64,000 nt of DNA from positions 864,001-928,000 of the forward strand of contig OZ219866.1 of the NCBI GenBank assembly GCA_964291675.2. The letters run 5' to 3'. The position numbers were made by a program, and so were the translations under genes. Every line of letters starts with the position of its first letter. Within the stretch, counting starts at the first letter, position 1. Of the stretch, positions 44,100-53,627 are shown piece after piece. A model generated the notes under the pieces. The model worked only from the letters and a program-made list of their open reading frames with translations, was not told the origin of the DNA and made no database searches. The DNA comes from Alphaproteobacteria bacterium. GTDB taxonomy: Bacteria > Pseudomonadota > Alphaproteobacteria > MPNO01.

Positions 44100-44146
44100 C
44101 GGGCATCTGTCCCGGCAAGGCCCACCGGTCCTCAGGCAAACGGGTA

Positions 44147-44234
44147 GATGGCCGGAACGAGCCCGGCCATGACGTAGGTGGGGAGGCTCCGACACCCCTC
44201 CCGTCGTGCCCGGACCTGTTCCGGGCACCCATGG
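44147..44234. repeat. two family A palindromes between convergent genes
   Basis: GGCCGGAACGAGCCCGGCCATGACG; CGTCGTGCCCGGACCTGTTCCGGGCACCCATGG. Confidence 0.75.
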
Positions 44235-44243
44235 CCGCAGGCC

Positions 44244-44774
44244 TTACCCGCGGCGCTTCTTGAGCAGCACGTAGAACGCGCCGGCACCGCCGTCTTTGGG
44301 CTGCGCCTCGGCGAAGGCGAGGATGCGCGGGCGTAGCCGGCCCTGGTTGAGCCAGCGGGGAAACTCGCTGCGGATGGTGCCGCCGGCCTGTCCGACGCTC
44401 CCCTTGCCGGTGATCACCAGCACGCAGCGCCTGCCGTCCGCCGCGGCGCGGTCTATGAAGCCGGAGAGAGCCTGGTGCGCCTGGTCCAGCGTGTGGTTGT
44501 GCAGGTCGAGCCGGGCCTCGGGCCGGGTCTGGCCGCGCCTCAGCCGGAGCACGGCGCGGGCATCCACCCCGGTCGCCGCGCCGGGTGCCAGCGCCGGCGC
44601 GGACGGGGACGGCGCGAAATCGGGTTCGAGCGACGGCGCGGCGCGGCGCGGCGCGGGCGCGCCGTCCGCACGCCCGGAGTCGTCGCTCCCCACCGGCCCG
44701 ACCTCGCCGACCGCCTCCAGGAACAACGCCCGTTCCGCGGCGCTCGCCTCGCGGCCGCGACGCCTAGCCCGCAT
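44244..44774 (-). CDS. Smr/MutS2 domain protein
   Basis: RLDLH, VLVITGKG, GGAGAFYVLL. Confidence 0.9.
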   Translation of the reverse strand: MRARRRGREASAAERALFLEAVGEVGPVGSDDSGRADGAPAPRRAAPSLEPDFAPSPSAPALAPGAATGVDARAVLRLRRGQTRPEARLDLHNHTLDQAHQALSGFIDRAAADGRRCVLVITGKGSVGQAGGTIRSEFPRWLNQGRLRPRILAFAEAQPKDGGAGAFYVLLKKRRG

Positions 44775-45393
44775 CGCACACCACCACGTGCAGCGTCCTC
44801 GGCCCGTGCACGCCGATCTGCAGGATGCGCTCGATATCGCTGGAGCGCGACGGCCCGGTGATCAGCGTCACGTTGCGCGGCAGGGGCGCGCCGCCCGCCC
44901 GCAACAGCGCAAACGCGTCCTCGTAGGCGCCGACGATGCGCGCCGCATCGACCAGCGCGATATGCGTGTCGGTCAGGAAATGCAGCGCGTTGGCGATATC
45001 GGGGCCGGAGCGGACCATCAGCGTCCCGGTCTCCGCGATGCCGGCGACGGTGCCGGTGATCGACACCGCGTCCTCGGCAAGCGGCGCGCCGCGGCGGAGG
45101 CCGTCCAGCCGGTCGAGCCCGCAAGCGTCCAGCATGGGATCGCTCGAGGCGACCAGCCCGCCTGCGGCACCCGCGGCGGCGAGAAAGCGTTCGATCTCGG
45201 CGCCGACCTCCGGCCAGGCGGTCACCGTCGCATGGCTCACCCCGGCCGCGTCGAGACCGCCGAAGAAGTGCTGGCGCAGCGCGGCGGCCTCTCCCCGTCC
45301 GCGGGCGGGAATCGGTCCGGCAGACACCGGCACCGGCGGCCCCGGGCTGGCGGCGCGGATCCGGCGGAGAATGTCCTCGCGCGCGGCGCTCAT
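44764..45393 (-). CDS. lutC: lactate utilization protein C (LUD domain)
   Basis: AREDILRRIR, IAETGT, ITGPSRSSDIE, GVHGPR. Confidence 0.88.
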   Translation of the reverse strand: MSAAREDILRRIRAASPGPPVPVSAGPIPARGRGEAAALRQHFFGGLDAAGVSHATVTAWPEVGAEIERFLAAAGAAGGLVASSDPMLDACGLDRLDGLRRGAPLAEDAVSITGTVAGIAETGTLMVRSGPDIANALHFLTDTHIALVDAARIVGAYEDAFALLRAGGAPLPRNVTLITGPSRSSDIERILQIGVHGPRTLHVVVCDAG

Positions 45394-46808
45394 CTTCCGC
45401 GCCGCCTGTGCCACTGGCCGACGAAGGTGCCGCCCTCGGGGACCGGAAGATCGCGCCCGCCGGTCCACCTGCCGGCGAAGGGCAGGCGGGCGAGGCGCGG
45501 CCGGCCCATCGCCAGCAGCCGCAGCACCCTCCCGCCCATGGCGCCCGCCGCCCGGTAGGCCCAGGGCCACGCGTTCAGGGCCGACCATACGAACAGCCCC
45601 CAGCGCAAAGCGGTCGGCCCGAGATGGGCCTGGAAGGCGTCCTGCCGCCACAGGCGGAGCAGCCGGGGCAGCGGGATGCGCACCGGGCAGACCGCCTCGC
45701 AGGCGCCGCAGAACGACGAGGCCTCGGGCAGGTGCTTCGCCTTCTCCAGCCCGGTCAGCGCCGGGGTGAGCACCGAGCCCACCGGACCGGCATAGACCGC
45801 GCCATAGGCATGGCCGCCGATGGCGCCGTAGACCGGGCACACGGTCTGGCAGGCGCCGCAGCGGATGCAGCGCAGGATCTCCCGCTTGGGGCCGGCGAGC
45901 AGGTCGCTGCGGCCGTTGTCGACGAGCACGACGTGGAACGCCTCCGGTCCGGCCGCGTCGTCCGCGCGCCGGGCGCCGGTGGCGAAGGTGGTGTAGGCGG
46001 AGATCTCCTGCCCGGTCGCGGACCGCGCGAGCACCCGGACCAGGGTGAGCGCCTCCTCGACGGTGCCGAGCGCCTTCTCGATGCCGGTGACCACGATATG
46101 GGTGCGCGGCAGCGACTGGGCGAGATCGCCGTTCCCCTCATTGGTGACGATGACGACGCTGCCGGTCTCGGCGACGAGAAAATTGGCGCCGGTGATCCCG
46201 ACATCGGCGCGCAGGAAGACGTCGCGGAGCGCGCCGCGGGCCTCGTCGGTGATCGCCCGCGCCTCCTCCAGCGACCGGTCCCCGGGGAGCGCGTCATGCG
46301 CGTCGCGGAAGGTTTGGGCGAACTGGTCCTTGGTCAAATGGATCGCCGGAATCACGATATGGCTCGGCGTCTCGTCGCGGAGCTGGAGGACGTACTCGCC
46401 GAGATCGGTCTCGACCGTGTCGAACCCCGCCCCGAGCAGGGCGGCGTTGAGCTCGATCTCCTCCGAGACCATCGACTTGCCTTTGGCGACGGTCTTCGCT
46501 CCCGCCTCGCGGCAGATGCGGGTGACCGCATCGCAGGCCTCGGCGGCGTCGCGGCACCAATGGACCGCGCCGCCATTGGCGGTCACGTTCTCCTCGAAGC
46601 GTTCGAGATTGGCGCCGAGATTGGCGAGCGCTGCGTTGCGGATATCCTTCGCCGCGTCGCGCAGGGTCTCGAACTCGGGCAGCCGCGCGATCACGTCCGC
46701 GCGCCCGGCCCGGGCATCGCGCTGAAGCCTCTGCAGGGCGCCCAGCAGCGTCGGGTCGCGGCGCGCCGCGCTCGCGTTCTCGGGAAAGCGGGCGCTGTCG
46801 GCGTGCAC
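45390..46808 (-). CDS. lutB: lactate utilization Fe-S protein B
   Basis: KGKSMVSEEI, ETDLGEY, TNEGNG, CIRCGACQTVCP. Confidence 0.92.
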   Translation of the reverse strand: MHADSARFPENASAARRDPTLLGALQRLQRDARAGRADVIARLPEFETLRDAAKDIRNAALANLGANLERFEENVTANGGAVHWCRDAAEACDAVTRICREAGAKTVAKGKSMVSEEIELNAALLGAGFDTVETDLGEYVLQLRDETPSHIVIPAIHLTKDQFAQTFRDAHDALPGDRSLEEARAITDEARGALRDVFLRADVGITGANFLVAETGSVVIVTNEGNGDLAQSLPRTHIVVTGIEKALGTVEEALTLVRVLARSATGQEISAYTTFATGARRADDAAGPEAFHVVLVDNGRSDLLAGPKREILRCIRCGACQTVCPVYGAIGGHAYGAVYAGPVGSVLTPALTGLEKAKHLPEASSFCGACEAVCPVRIPLPRLLRLWRQDAFQAHLGPTALRWGLFVWSALNAWPWAYRAAGAMGGRVLRLLAMGRPRLARLPFAGRWTGGRDLPVPEGGTFVGQWHRRRGR

Positions 46809-46810
46809 GG

Positions 46811-47575
46811 TCAGCCTCCGCCCCCGCCGTCGCCGGCGGCGAGGATCTCGGCGACATGGCTTGTGCCGACCGCGGACCCCCGGCGGGACAGCCGGCCCTC
46901 GATATGCAGCAGACAGCCGAGATCGCCGCCCACCACCGTTTCGGCGCCGGTGGCCTCTATCGCGTCGATCTTCTTGTCCGCCATCGCCTCGGAGATCGCG
47001 GGATACTTGACGCAGAACGTGCCGCCGAAGCCGCAGCAGATGTCCGAGCCCTCCATCTCGCGCAGCTCCGGGGCGCCCGCCGCCGCGATCAGCGCGCGCG
47101 GCTGGGCGCGGATGCCGAGCTCGCGCAGCCCGGCGCAGGAATCGTGATAGGTGATGCTGCCGGCCGCCGGGCGTGCGCCTTCCGGCCGCCAGCCCGCGAC
47201 GCGGGCGAGGAAGTCGACCAGCTCGTAGCTCCTGCCGGCCAGCGCCCGGGCCCGCGCGCCCCATTCCGCGTCGTCGGACAAGAGGTCGGGAAAGTGGTGC
47301 ACGAACATCGCCGCGCAGGATCCGGACGGGGCGACGACATGCTCGAAACCCTCGAACAGGGCGACGGCGCGCCGCGCCCCGCGCCGCGCGCCCTCCCGGT
47401 CGCCGCTGTTGTAGCCGGGCTGGCCGCAGCAGGACTGGGCCCTGGGCACGACGACCCGATAGCCCGCCCGCTCGATCAGCCGCGCAGCCGCGAACCCGAC
47501 CGAGGGGCGGAACAGGTCCACCAGGCAGGTCGCGAAGAACCCGACCGCGCCTTTGGGCTCGGTATCGCTGGGCAT
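46811..47575 (-). CDS. lutA: lactate utilization protein A (CCG domains)
   Basis: FATCLVD, QSCCGQP, PSGSC, YHDSC, CCGFGG; start may be 47602. Confidence 0.92.
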   Translation of the reverse strand: MPSDTEPKGAVGFFATCLVDLFRPSVGFAAARLIERAGYRVVVPRAQSCCGQPGYNSGDREGARRGARRAVALFEGFEHVVAPSGSCAAMFVHHFPDLLSDDAEWGARARALAGRSYELVDFLARVAGWRPEGARPAAGSITYHDSCAGLRELGIRAQPRALIAAAGAPELREMEGSDICCGFGGTFCVKYPAISEAMADKKIDAIEATGAETVVGGDLGCLLHIEGRLSRRGSAVGTSHVAEILAAGDGGGGG

Positions 47576-47615
47576 TGCCGGGCCGGCCTCCCCGCCGGAC
47601 ATGGACACGGTATCG

Positions 47616-48857
47616 TCATACCCCGGCGGCCCGGGCGGGGTCCACCGGGAGCAGCACATAATAGCGGCCCGGGGAGCGCATCCGGCCAGCCCGCTCCTCG
47701 GCCTCCGGCCCCGCGCCGCAGAACAGATCGGCCCGCACCGCGCCGCGTATCGCGCCGCCGGTGTCCTGCGCCACCGTCAGCCGCCTGAGCGGATTGCCCG
47801 GGTCGAGCGGATCGGGCGTATCGATCCACAGCGGCACGCCGAGCGGCAGGAAGCGGCGATCGACGGCGAGGCTCCTTCCGGGCGTGAGCGCGACCCCCTG
47901 GGTTCCGACCGGCCCCTCGCCCCGGAGCTCACGGAAGAACACGTAGGACCGGTTCCTGTCGAGGATATCCCGCCGGCGTTGGGGATTGGCCCGCAGCCAG
48001 GCGCGGATCGACTGCAGCGAGACGTGCTCCAGCGCGAGAGCCCCCTCGGCGACCAGCTCGCGTCCGATCGCCGTATAGGGCCGGCCATTGGTGGCGGCGT
48101 AGCCCAGGCGCATGACTTCGCCATCGGGCAGCCGCACCCGCCCCGATCCCTGGATCTGCAGGAAGAAGGCCTCGACCGGATCGGCGACCCAGACGATTTC
48201 GAGCCCCTGGCCCGCGAGCGCTCCGTCGGCGATCTGGGCGCGGCTGTAATAGGGTTTCAGCCGCCCGTCCTCGACCCGGCCGGCCAGCCGCTCCTCGGCG
48301 TAGGCGTCGCCGAACTCCGCGAGGTTCACCGTCACCAGGTCGCGCGGCCTGGTGTAGAGCGGCACCGAGTAGGCATCGCCCGGCCGCCTCGCGCCTTCCA
48401 GCTCCGGTTCGTAGTAACCGGTGATCAGCCCCGTGTCGCCGTCCTTGCCGACCACGCGGAAGGGGCGGAAGCGGCGCTCGAAGAAGCCTCGCGCGGCGGC
48501 GTGGTCCGCGGCGGCGATGCCTGCGGCTTCCGCGCAGACCGAGCGCCAGTCCTCTGCGCGCCCGAACCGCTCCGCGCTCCCTTCGGGTCGCGGCGGGAAG
48601 CGCATCGGCCTGGTGCAGCTACGCCTGAACGCGCCCAGCGCCTCGGCATGGCGGTCCGCCGCCCAGCCGGGCAGGTCGGCGAACGACACGGGCTCCAGCG
48701 CGGGGTTGCCGCCGCTCCGCTCGTCCGGCGAGCAGCCGGGCGCGGCGGCGAGCATCAGCCCGGCGAGGGCCGCCGCGATCCCGCCAAGGGCGGCGCGGAG
48801 CGATGCAGGGCGGGGACGCGACAGCGCGGCCGTCTCAGCTCGGACTCCGCGTCTCAA
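47616..48857 (-). CDS. mltA: membrane-bound lytic murein transglycosylase A
   Basis: TGYYEP, FFLQIQGSG, NRSYVFF, AQDTGGAIRG; start uncertain. Confidence 0.92.
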   Translation of the reverse strand: MRRGVRAETAALSRPRPASLRAALGGIAAALAGLMLAAAPGCSPDERSGGNPALEPVSFADLPGWAADRHAEALGAFRRSCTRPMRFPPRPEGSAERFGRAEDWRSVCAEAAGIAAADHAAARGFFERRFRPFRVVGKDGDTGLITGYYEPELEGARRPGDAYSVPLYTRPRDLVTVNLAEFGDAYAEERLAGRVEDGRLKPYYSRAQIADGALAGQGLEIVWVADPVEAFFLQIQGSGRVRLPDGEVMRLGYAATNGRPYTAIGRELVAEGALALEHVSLQSIRAWLRANPQRRRDILDRNRSYVFFRELRGEGPVGTQGVALTPGRSLAVDRRFLPLGVPLWIDTPDPLDPGNPLRRLTVAQDTGGAIRGAVRADLFCGAGPEAEERAGRMRSPGRYYVLLPVDPARAAGV

Positions 48858-49533
48858 TCAGCTTCCAGTTGGGATCGCGGGACCGCGTGTTGCGCGCGAA
48901 CGTCCAGATGTCGGTCACGTCGGTGACCTGCGCGGGATCGCCGTCGATCACCTCCCCGTCGGCGTCGCGGGTCACGTTGACCTGCTCGGAGACGAAGGTC
49001 ACGGTGACGATCGCGTTGCGGCCGCTCATCGAGGCCTCGACGATCTCCGCCTTCTTGATCCCGACGACCGTGGTCTCGAGGGTCTCCGCGGCGTCCAGCC
49101 GCTCGCGGATGGCGCGTTCGAAGTTGTCGTACACCTCGTCGTTTAGCAGCGCGCCGAGCGTGCCGGTATCGGCGGTGGCGAAGGCGTGGACGACGGCCTC
49201 GAACGCGGCGCGCGCGCCGGCTTCGAAGGCGGCCGGATCGAAATCCGGATCGGCGGCCTGGATGCGCGCCATGCCGCTGGCCAGGAGATCGTCGGAGGGG
49301 GACGGCTCGAACGCCTCGTCGTCGTCGCGCTCGGGCCCGGCATCGGGCTCCGTGCGGTCAGGCAGCTCGATGACGTTCCCCTCGGCTTCGGACTCCCGAT
49401 TCCGCCCCGCCATGTTGTCCGGCGGGCGCGACTGGTGGCCGGTGCGGCGGCCGAGAACGCTGCGCAGCCGGAACACCAGGAACGCGGCGATCATCGCGAA
49501 GAAGATGATATCGAGAAACTGGAAGCCTTCCAT
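48835..49533 (-). CDS. Tim44/TimA family protein
   Basis: LRSVLGRRTG, DIWTFARN, PNWKL. Confidence 0.9.
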   Translation of the reverse strand: MEGFQFLDIIFFAMIAAFLVFRLRSVLGRRTGHQSRPPDNMAGRNRESEAEGNVIELPDRTEPDAGPERDDDEAFEPSPSDDLLASGMARIQAADPDFDPAAFEAGARAAFEAVVHAFATADTGTLGALLNDEVYDNFERAIRERLDAAETLETTVVGIKKAEIVEASMSGRNAIVTVTFVSEQVNVTRDADGEVIDGDPAQVTDVTDIWTFARNTRSRDPNWKLIETRSPS

Positions 49534-49752
49534 GGACGCGTCCTTTGACGCTTCGTCCCCGCGGCACTCCCGCAACCGCAGCGGGCAAATCCCCGTGATC
49601 GGTATCGCCTGACTGGCGAAGCGGTGCAACGAGAGTCTGTAAATAGGCCCAACGCCGCCAAAGCGCAAGCGCGAGAGCGGCGCCGCGTTTGCGCCCCGGC
49701 CTGGCGGGCGTCATCCTTGAGCGCCTTTCAATCCTCCTACTCTTCGACCGAG

Positions 49753-50307
49753 ATGATCCTGATCCGGCACGGCCAGACGATTTTCAACGCGATCTTCAGC
49801 GTGACGCGGATCGACCCCGGCGTCCCGGATCCCTTGCTGACGGCGCGCGGGCGCGGCCAGGCGCGGGAGATCGCCGCCGCCCTCGCCGGGGAGAACATCG
49901 AGCTTGTCGTCGCGAGCCCCTACCGGCGGGCGATCCAGACCGCCGACACGGTGGCGCGCGCGCTCGGCGTGCCGGTCGCGATCGATGCGGATGTGCGCGA
50001 ACGCTTCAGCTTCTCCTGCGATCACGGGAGCCGGCGCTCGGAGCTCGCCCGCGCCTGGCCGGAATACGACTTCGCCCATCTGGCGGAGCGCTGGTGGCCG
50101 GAATCGGAGGAGGGAGAGCCGGCCTTCGCGGCGCGCTGCGCCCGGTTCGCCGAACGTATGGCCGACAGCCCGGCATGGTCGGGCACCGCCGTCATCACGC
50201 ATTGGGGGGTCATCCGCGCCCTGACCGGCGAGCGGGTGACCAACGGAAGGCTGGTCCGCCTGGCCCCGCCGGGCGCCGACCTTGTACGCCCGGGGCTGCC
50301 GTGCTAG
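49753..50307 (+). CDS. histidine phosphatase family protein
   Basis: LIRHGQ, SPYRRAIQT, VITHWG. Confidence 0.88.
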   Translation: MILIRHGQTIFNAIFSVTRIDPGVPDPLLTARGRGQAREIAAALAGENIELVVASPYRRAIQTADTVARALGVPVAIDADVRERFSFSCDHGSRRSELARAWPEYDFAHLAERWWPESEEGEPAFAARCARFAERMADSPAWSGTAVITHWGVIRALTGERVTNGRLVRLAPPGADLVRPGLPC

Positions 50308-50333
50308 AGCCCGCGCGGTCCGGGGAGATGCAC

Positions 50334-50822
50334 ATGGCCGACGAAACCGACGCCCAGCCGCAGGAGAACGGCAGCGCCGCCGCCGCGCGGCCGATGCTGA
50401 CGATCGGCGCCCAGTACATCAAGGACCTCTCCTTCGAGAACCCGCTGGGCCCCGAAGGTCTGGCCAAGCTGACCCAGAACCCCCAGGTCGAGGTGGAGGT
50501 CAACACCAGCGCAAGGCTGCTCGCCGAGGACGCCTATGAGGTCGCCCTGTTCATCCGCGCCGAGGCGCAGAGCGGGGACGCGACGGCGTTCATCGTCGAG
50601 CTCACCTATGCCGGGATCGTGATCGTCGGCGACGTCGCCGACGAGGACGTCCAGCCGCTGGTGCTGATCGAGGGGCCGCGACATTTGTTCCCCTTCGCCC
50701 GGTCGGTGGTCGCCAACATGACCCGCGACGGCGGCTTCCCGCCGATGATGATCGACCCGATCGACTTCGCCGCGCTCTATGTGGAACACCACGCCGAACG
50801 AACGGCGCTGGACATCTCCTGA
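50334..50822 (+). CDS. secB: protein-export chaperone SecB
   Basis: QYIKDLSFENP, LFPFAR, GGFPP, IDFAALY. Confidence 0.94.
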   Translation: MADETDAQPQENGSAAAARPMLTIGAQYIKDLSFENPLGPEGLAKLTQNPQVEVEVNTSARLLAEDAYEVALFIRAEAQSGDATAFIVELTYAGIVIVGDVADEDVQPLVLIEGPRHLFPFARSVVANMTRDGGFPPMMIDPIDFAALYVEHHAERTALDIS

Positions 50823-50836
50823 CGCACCGCCGGCTT

Positions 50837-51505
50837 CTATCTCAACCAGATCGGATTGTTGAGCTTCCCGACGAACGCCGCGTGCGCGGCGCTCTCCTCG
50901 GCGTCCGGTTCGTGCCTGCGCGGCGCTCGGGCGGGACGCTCCTCCCTGGTCTCCGCCGCGACCTCCCGGGCGGCGCCCAGGCCCAACGACGGCTGCCTGC
51001 CGCCGATCAGCTCAAGATAGACCTCGGCGAGCAGCTCGGCGTCGAGCAACGCGCCGTGCTTGGTCCTCGCCGCGTTGTCGATCCCGAACCTGCGGCACAG
51101 CGCATCCAGGTTTGCCGGCGCGCCGGGGAAGCGGCGCCGCGCGAGGCTCACGGTGTCGATCGCCCGGGCCTCCGGCAGCGGCGGCCGGTCGATGCGCGCG
51201 AGCTCGGCGTTCAGGAAACCGAGATCGAACTGGGCGTTGTGGATCACCAGAACGGAGTCGCCGATGAAGGCGAGCAGGCCGTCGGCGACGTCGCCGAAGA
51301 GCGGCTTGCCGGCCAAGAACTCCTCCGACAGGCCGTGGATCTCGAACGCGCCCGAGGGCATGCCCCGCTCCGGATTCACATAGGCGTGGAAGGTCTCGCC
51401 GGAGGGGATGTGGTTGATCAGCTCCAGGCAGCCGACCTCAACGATCCGGTGGCCGCTCTCCGGGTCCAGCCCGGTGGTTTCGGTATCGAGGACGATTTCG
51501 CGCAT
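50837..51505 (-). CDS. dnaQ: DNA polymerase III epsilon subunit
   Basis: LDTETTG, HNAQFD, HGALLDAELL. Confidence 0.95.
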   Translation of the reverse strand: MREIVLDTETTGLDPESGHRIVEVGCLELINHIPSGETFHAYVNPERGMPSGAFEIHGLSEEFLAGKPLFGDVADGLLAFIGDSVLVIHNAQFDLGFLNAELARIDRPPLPEARAIDTVSLARRRFPGAPANLDALCRRFGIDNAARTKHGALLDAELLAEVYLELIGGRQPSLGLGAAREVAAETREERPARAPRRHEPDAEESAAHAAFVGKLNNPIWLR

Positions 51506-52142
51506 AGCGCCCCGGCTGCGGTATATGCGCCGGCGGCGGCCAGTACTTGCCGCGGCGCCCGGACAACACTCTGACGATCGATCCGAGTCGGAGCAAGGTA
51601 TGGGCGCGCCCCAGCCCGGTCGACACGACGAAGCCGGCGCGCCGCCGCTTCTCGCGGTCGGCAAGCTGGTTGGCGAGAATGCCGGCGAGGGTCTCCTCGG
51701 TCATCCCCGGGCGCGCGAGAACCCGCGCCCGTTGCAGGAAAGCCGGCGCCGTGACCACCACCACGGCGTCGCATTGCGCGGCAAGCCCGACCTCGAACAG
51801 GAGCGGGATGTCGAGCACGACCACGCGCTCGCCCCGCGCCGCGGCGCGGCGGAGAAAGGAGCGCTGGACGCCGCGCACCAGCGGGTGGACGATCGCCTCC
51901 AGCCGGCGCAGCTCCGCGGGGCTCCCGAACACAAGCTCGCGCAGCTTTGCCCGGTCGACCGCGCCGTCCCGCACCACGCCGGGGAAGGCCTCGCCGACAG
52001 CGCCCACCGCAGCGCCGCCCGCGGCCAGGAGTCCGTGCACCGCAGCATCGGAATCGTAGACCGGCAGGCCCAGATGGCGGAACATCCCGGCCGCCGTCGT
52101 CTTGCCCATCCCGATCGAGCCGGTGAGGCCGATGATCACCAT
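51438..52142 (-). CDS. coaE: dephospho-CoA kinase
   Basis: IGLTGSIGMGKTT, LEAIVHP, DIPLLFE; 3' end overlaps dnaQ. Confidence 0.92.
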   Translation of the reverse strand: MVIIGLTGSIGMGKTTAAGMFRHLGLPVYDSDAAVHGLLAAGGAAVGAVGEAFPGVVRDGAVDRAKLRELVFGSPAELRRLEAIVHPLVRGVQRSFLRRAAARGERVVVLDIPLLFEVGLAAQCDAVVVVTAPAFLQRARVLARPGMTEETLAGILANQLADREKRRRAGFVVSTGLGRAHTLLRLGSIVRVLSGRRGKYWPPPAHIPQPGRYARNRPRYRNHRAGPGERPPDR

Positions 52143-52147
52143 ACCGG

Positions 52148-52996
52148 TCAGCCGAGCAGGTCGGCGGCGACGTGACGGCGCAGCGCGGCGTCGACCTCGG
52201 GCTCGGCGCCGTACCAGGCGGCGAAGCCCGGGCGGGCCTGATGAAGCAGCATCTCCAGACCGTCCACGGCGCGGCAGCCGCGCGCCCGCGCGGCCGCGAG
52301 CAGGGGCGTCTCCAGAGGGGTGTAGACGATATCGTTGACCACCGCTTCCGCCGGCAGCCCGTCCAGGCGCAGCTCCAGCGGCGCGCCGCCCGCCATGCCG
52401 AGCGCCGTCGTGTTGACCAGCAATGCGGCGCCGTCGAGCGCGGCCTCGCGCTCGTCCCAATCGACCGCGACCAGCGGCGCGCCGAAGCGCTCGCAGAGCG
52501 CGTCCGCCCGCGCCCGCGTACGGTTGACCAGCCTGATCTCGCCCGCCCCCTCGTCCTGGAGGGCCGCGACGATCGCGCGCGCCGCACCGCCGGCCCCGAG
52601 CACGGCGGCCGCGATCCCCGCCCCCGACCACGCCCCGAGGCGGCTGCGCAGGGCCTCGACGAAGCCGAACGCGTCGGTGTTGGAGCCCGACAGCGAGCCG
52701 TCGCCGCGCACCAGGACCGTGTTCACCGCGCCGATGCGCCGGGCGATGGCGTCGGCCTCGTCGACGGCGGCAAACGCGGCTTCCTTGTGCGGGATGGTGA
52801 CGTTGGTCCCGGCGAAGCCGAGAGCCGGCAGCGCACGCAGCGCCTCGCCCAGCCGGTCGGGCGGTACCGCCAGGGGGATGTAGGCGCCGTCGATGCCGGC
52901 CCGCGCCAGCCAGAAATTGTGCAAGAGCGGCGAGCGCGAATGCCCGACCGGCCAGCCCATCACGCCGGCAATGACCGCCTTCCCCGAAATCGTCAT
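52148..52996 (-). CDS. aroE: shikimate dehydrogenase
   Basis: HSRSP, NVTIPHK, GAVNT, NTD, GAGGAARA. Confidence 0.95.
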   Translation of the reverse strand: MTISGKAVIAGVMGWPVGHSRSPLLHNFWLARAGIDGAYIPLAVPPDRLGEALRALPALGFAGTNVTIPHKEAAFAAVDEADAIARRIGAVNTVLVRGDGSLSGSNTDAFGFVEALRSRLGAWSGAGIAAAVLGAGGAARAIVAALQDEGAGEIRLVNRTRARADALCERFGAPLVAVDWDEREAALDGAALLVNTTALGMAGGAPLELRLDGLPAEAVVNDIVYTPLETPLLAAARARGCRAVDGLEMLLHQARPGFAAWYGAEPEVDAALRRHVAADLLG

Positions 52997-53000
52997 CGCT

Positions 53001-53627
53001 TCATTCTGCTATCGCGCCCCGGCGCCGCAGATAAGCCATCAAGGCGAGCAGCGGCAAGCCGAGGATCGTCGGCCAGTCGCCCTCGATCGCCTCGAAGAGC
53101 TGGATCCCCGGCCCCTCCACCCGGTAGGCGCCGGGCCCCGCGAGCGCGGCGTCGCCGATGCGGTCGAGATATCCCGCCGCGAATGCCGCGCCGAAATTTC
53201 GCATGGTGAGTCGCGCCTCCCCGGTCCGCCGCCAGACGGGGCTGCCGTCCTCGGCGATGCAGGCCGCGCTCAGCAATCGGTGGGTCCGCCCGGCGAGCGC
53301 GGCAAGCTGTTCCGCCGCCGCCGCTCTGTTCGCCGGCTTGTCGAACACGCGCTCGCCCAGGATCAGCACCTGGTCGGCACCGAGCACCAGCCTCCCCGGC
53401 CGGGCGACGCTCCGCGCCTTCTCCTCGGCCAGGCGCTCGGCGAGATCCGGGCCGTCGATGCCGGCGCCGCGAAGCTCGCCCTTGACACTCTCTTCGTCGA
53501 TGCCGGGCGGGACGATCTCGACCGGTACGCCGGCATCGCGCAGCAGCCGGGCCCGGGTCGGGCTGGCGGAGGCGAGGACGAGCCGCGCCTCGCGGCCCCG
53601 CTCAGCCGCCGCTGCCGTTCCCGTCAT
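53001..53627 (-). CDS. maf: Maf-family nucleotide pyrophosphatase
   Basis: LVLASASPTR, LGADQ, DKP, ILGLPL. Confidence 0.92.
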   Translation of the reverse strand: MTGTAAAAERGREARLVLASASPTRARLLRDAGVPVEIVPPGIDEESVKGELRGAGIDGPDLAERLAEEKARSVARPGRLVLGADQVLILGERVFDKPANRAAAAEQLAALAGRTHRLLSAACIAEDGSPVWRRTGEARLTMRNFGAAFAAGYLDRIGDAALAGPGAYRVEGPGIQLFEAIEGDWPTILGLPLLALMAYLRRRGAIAE

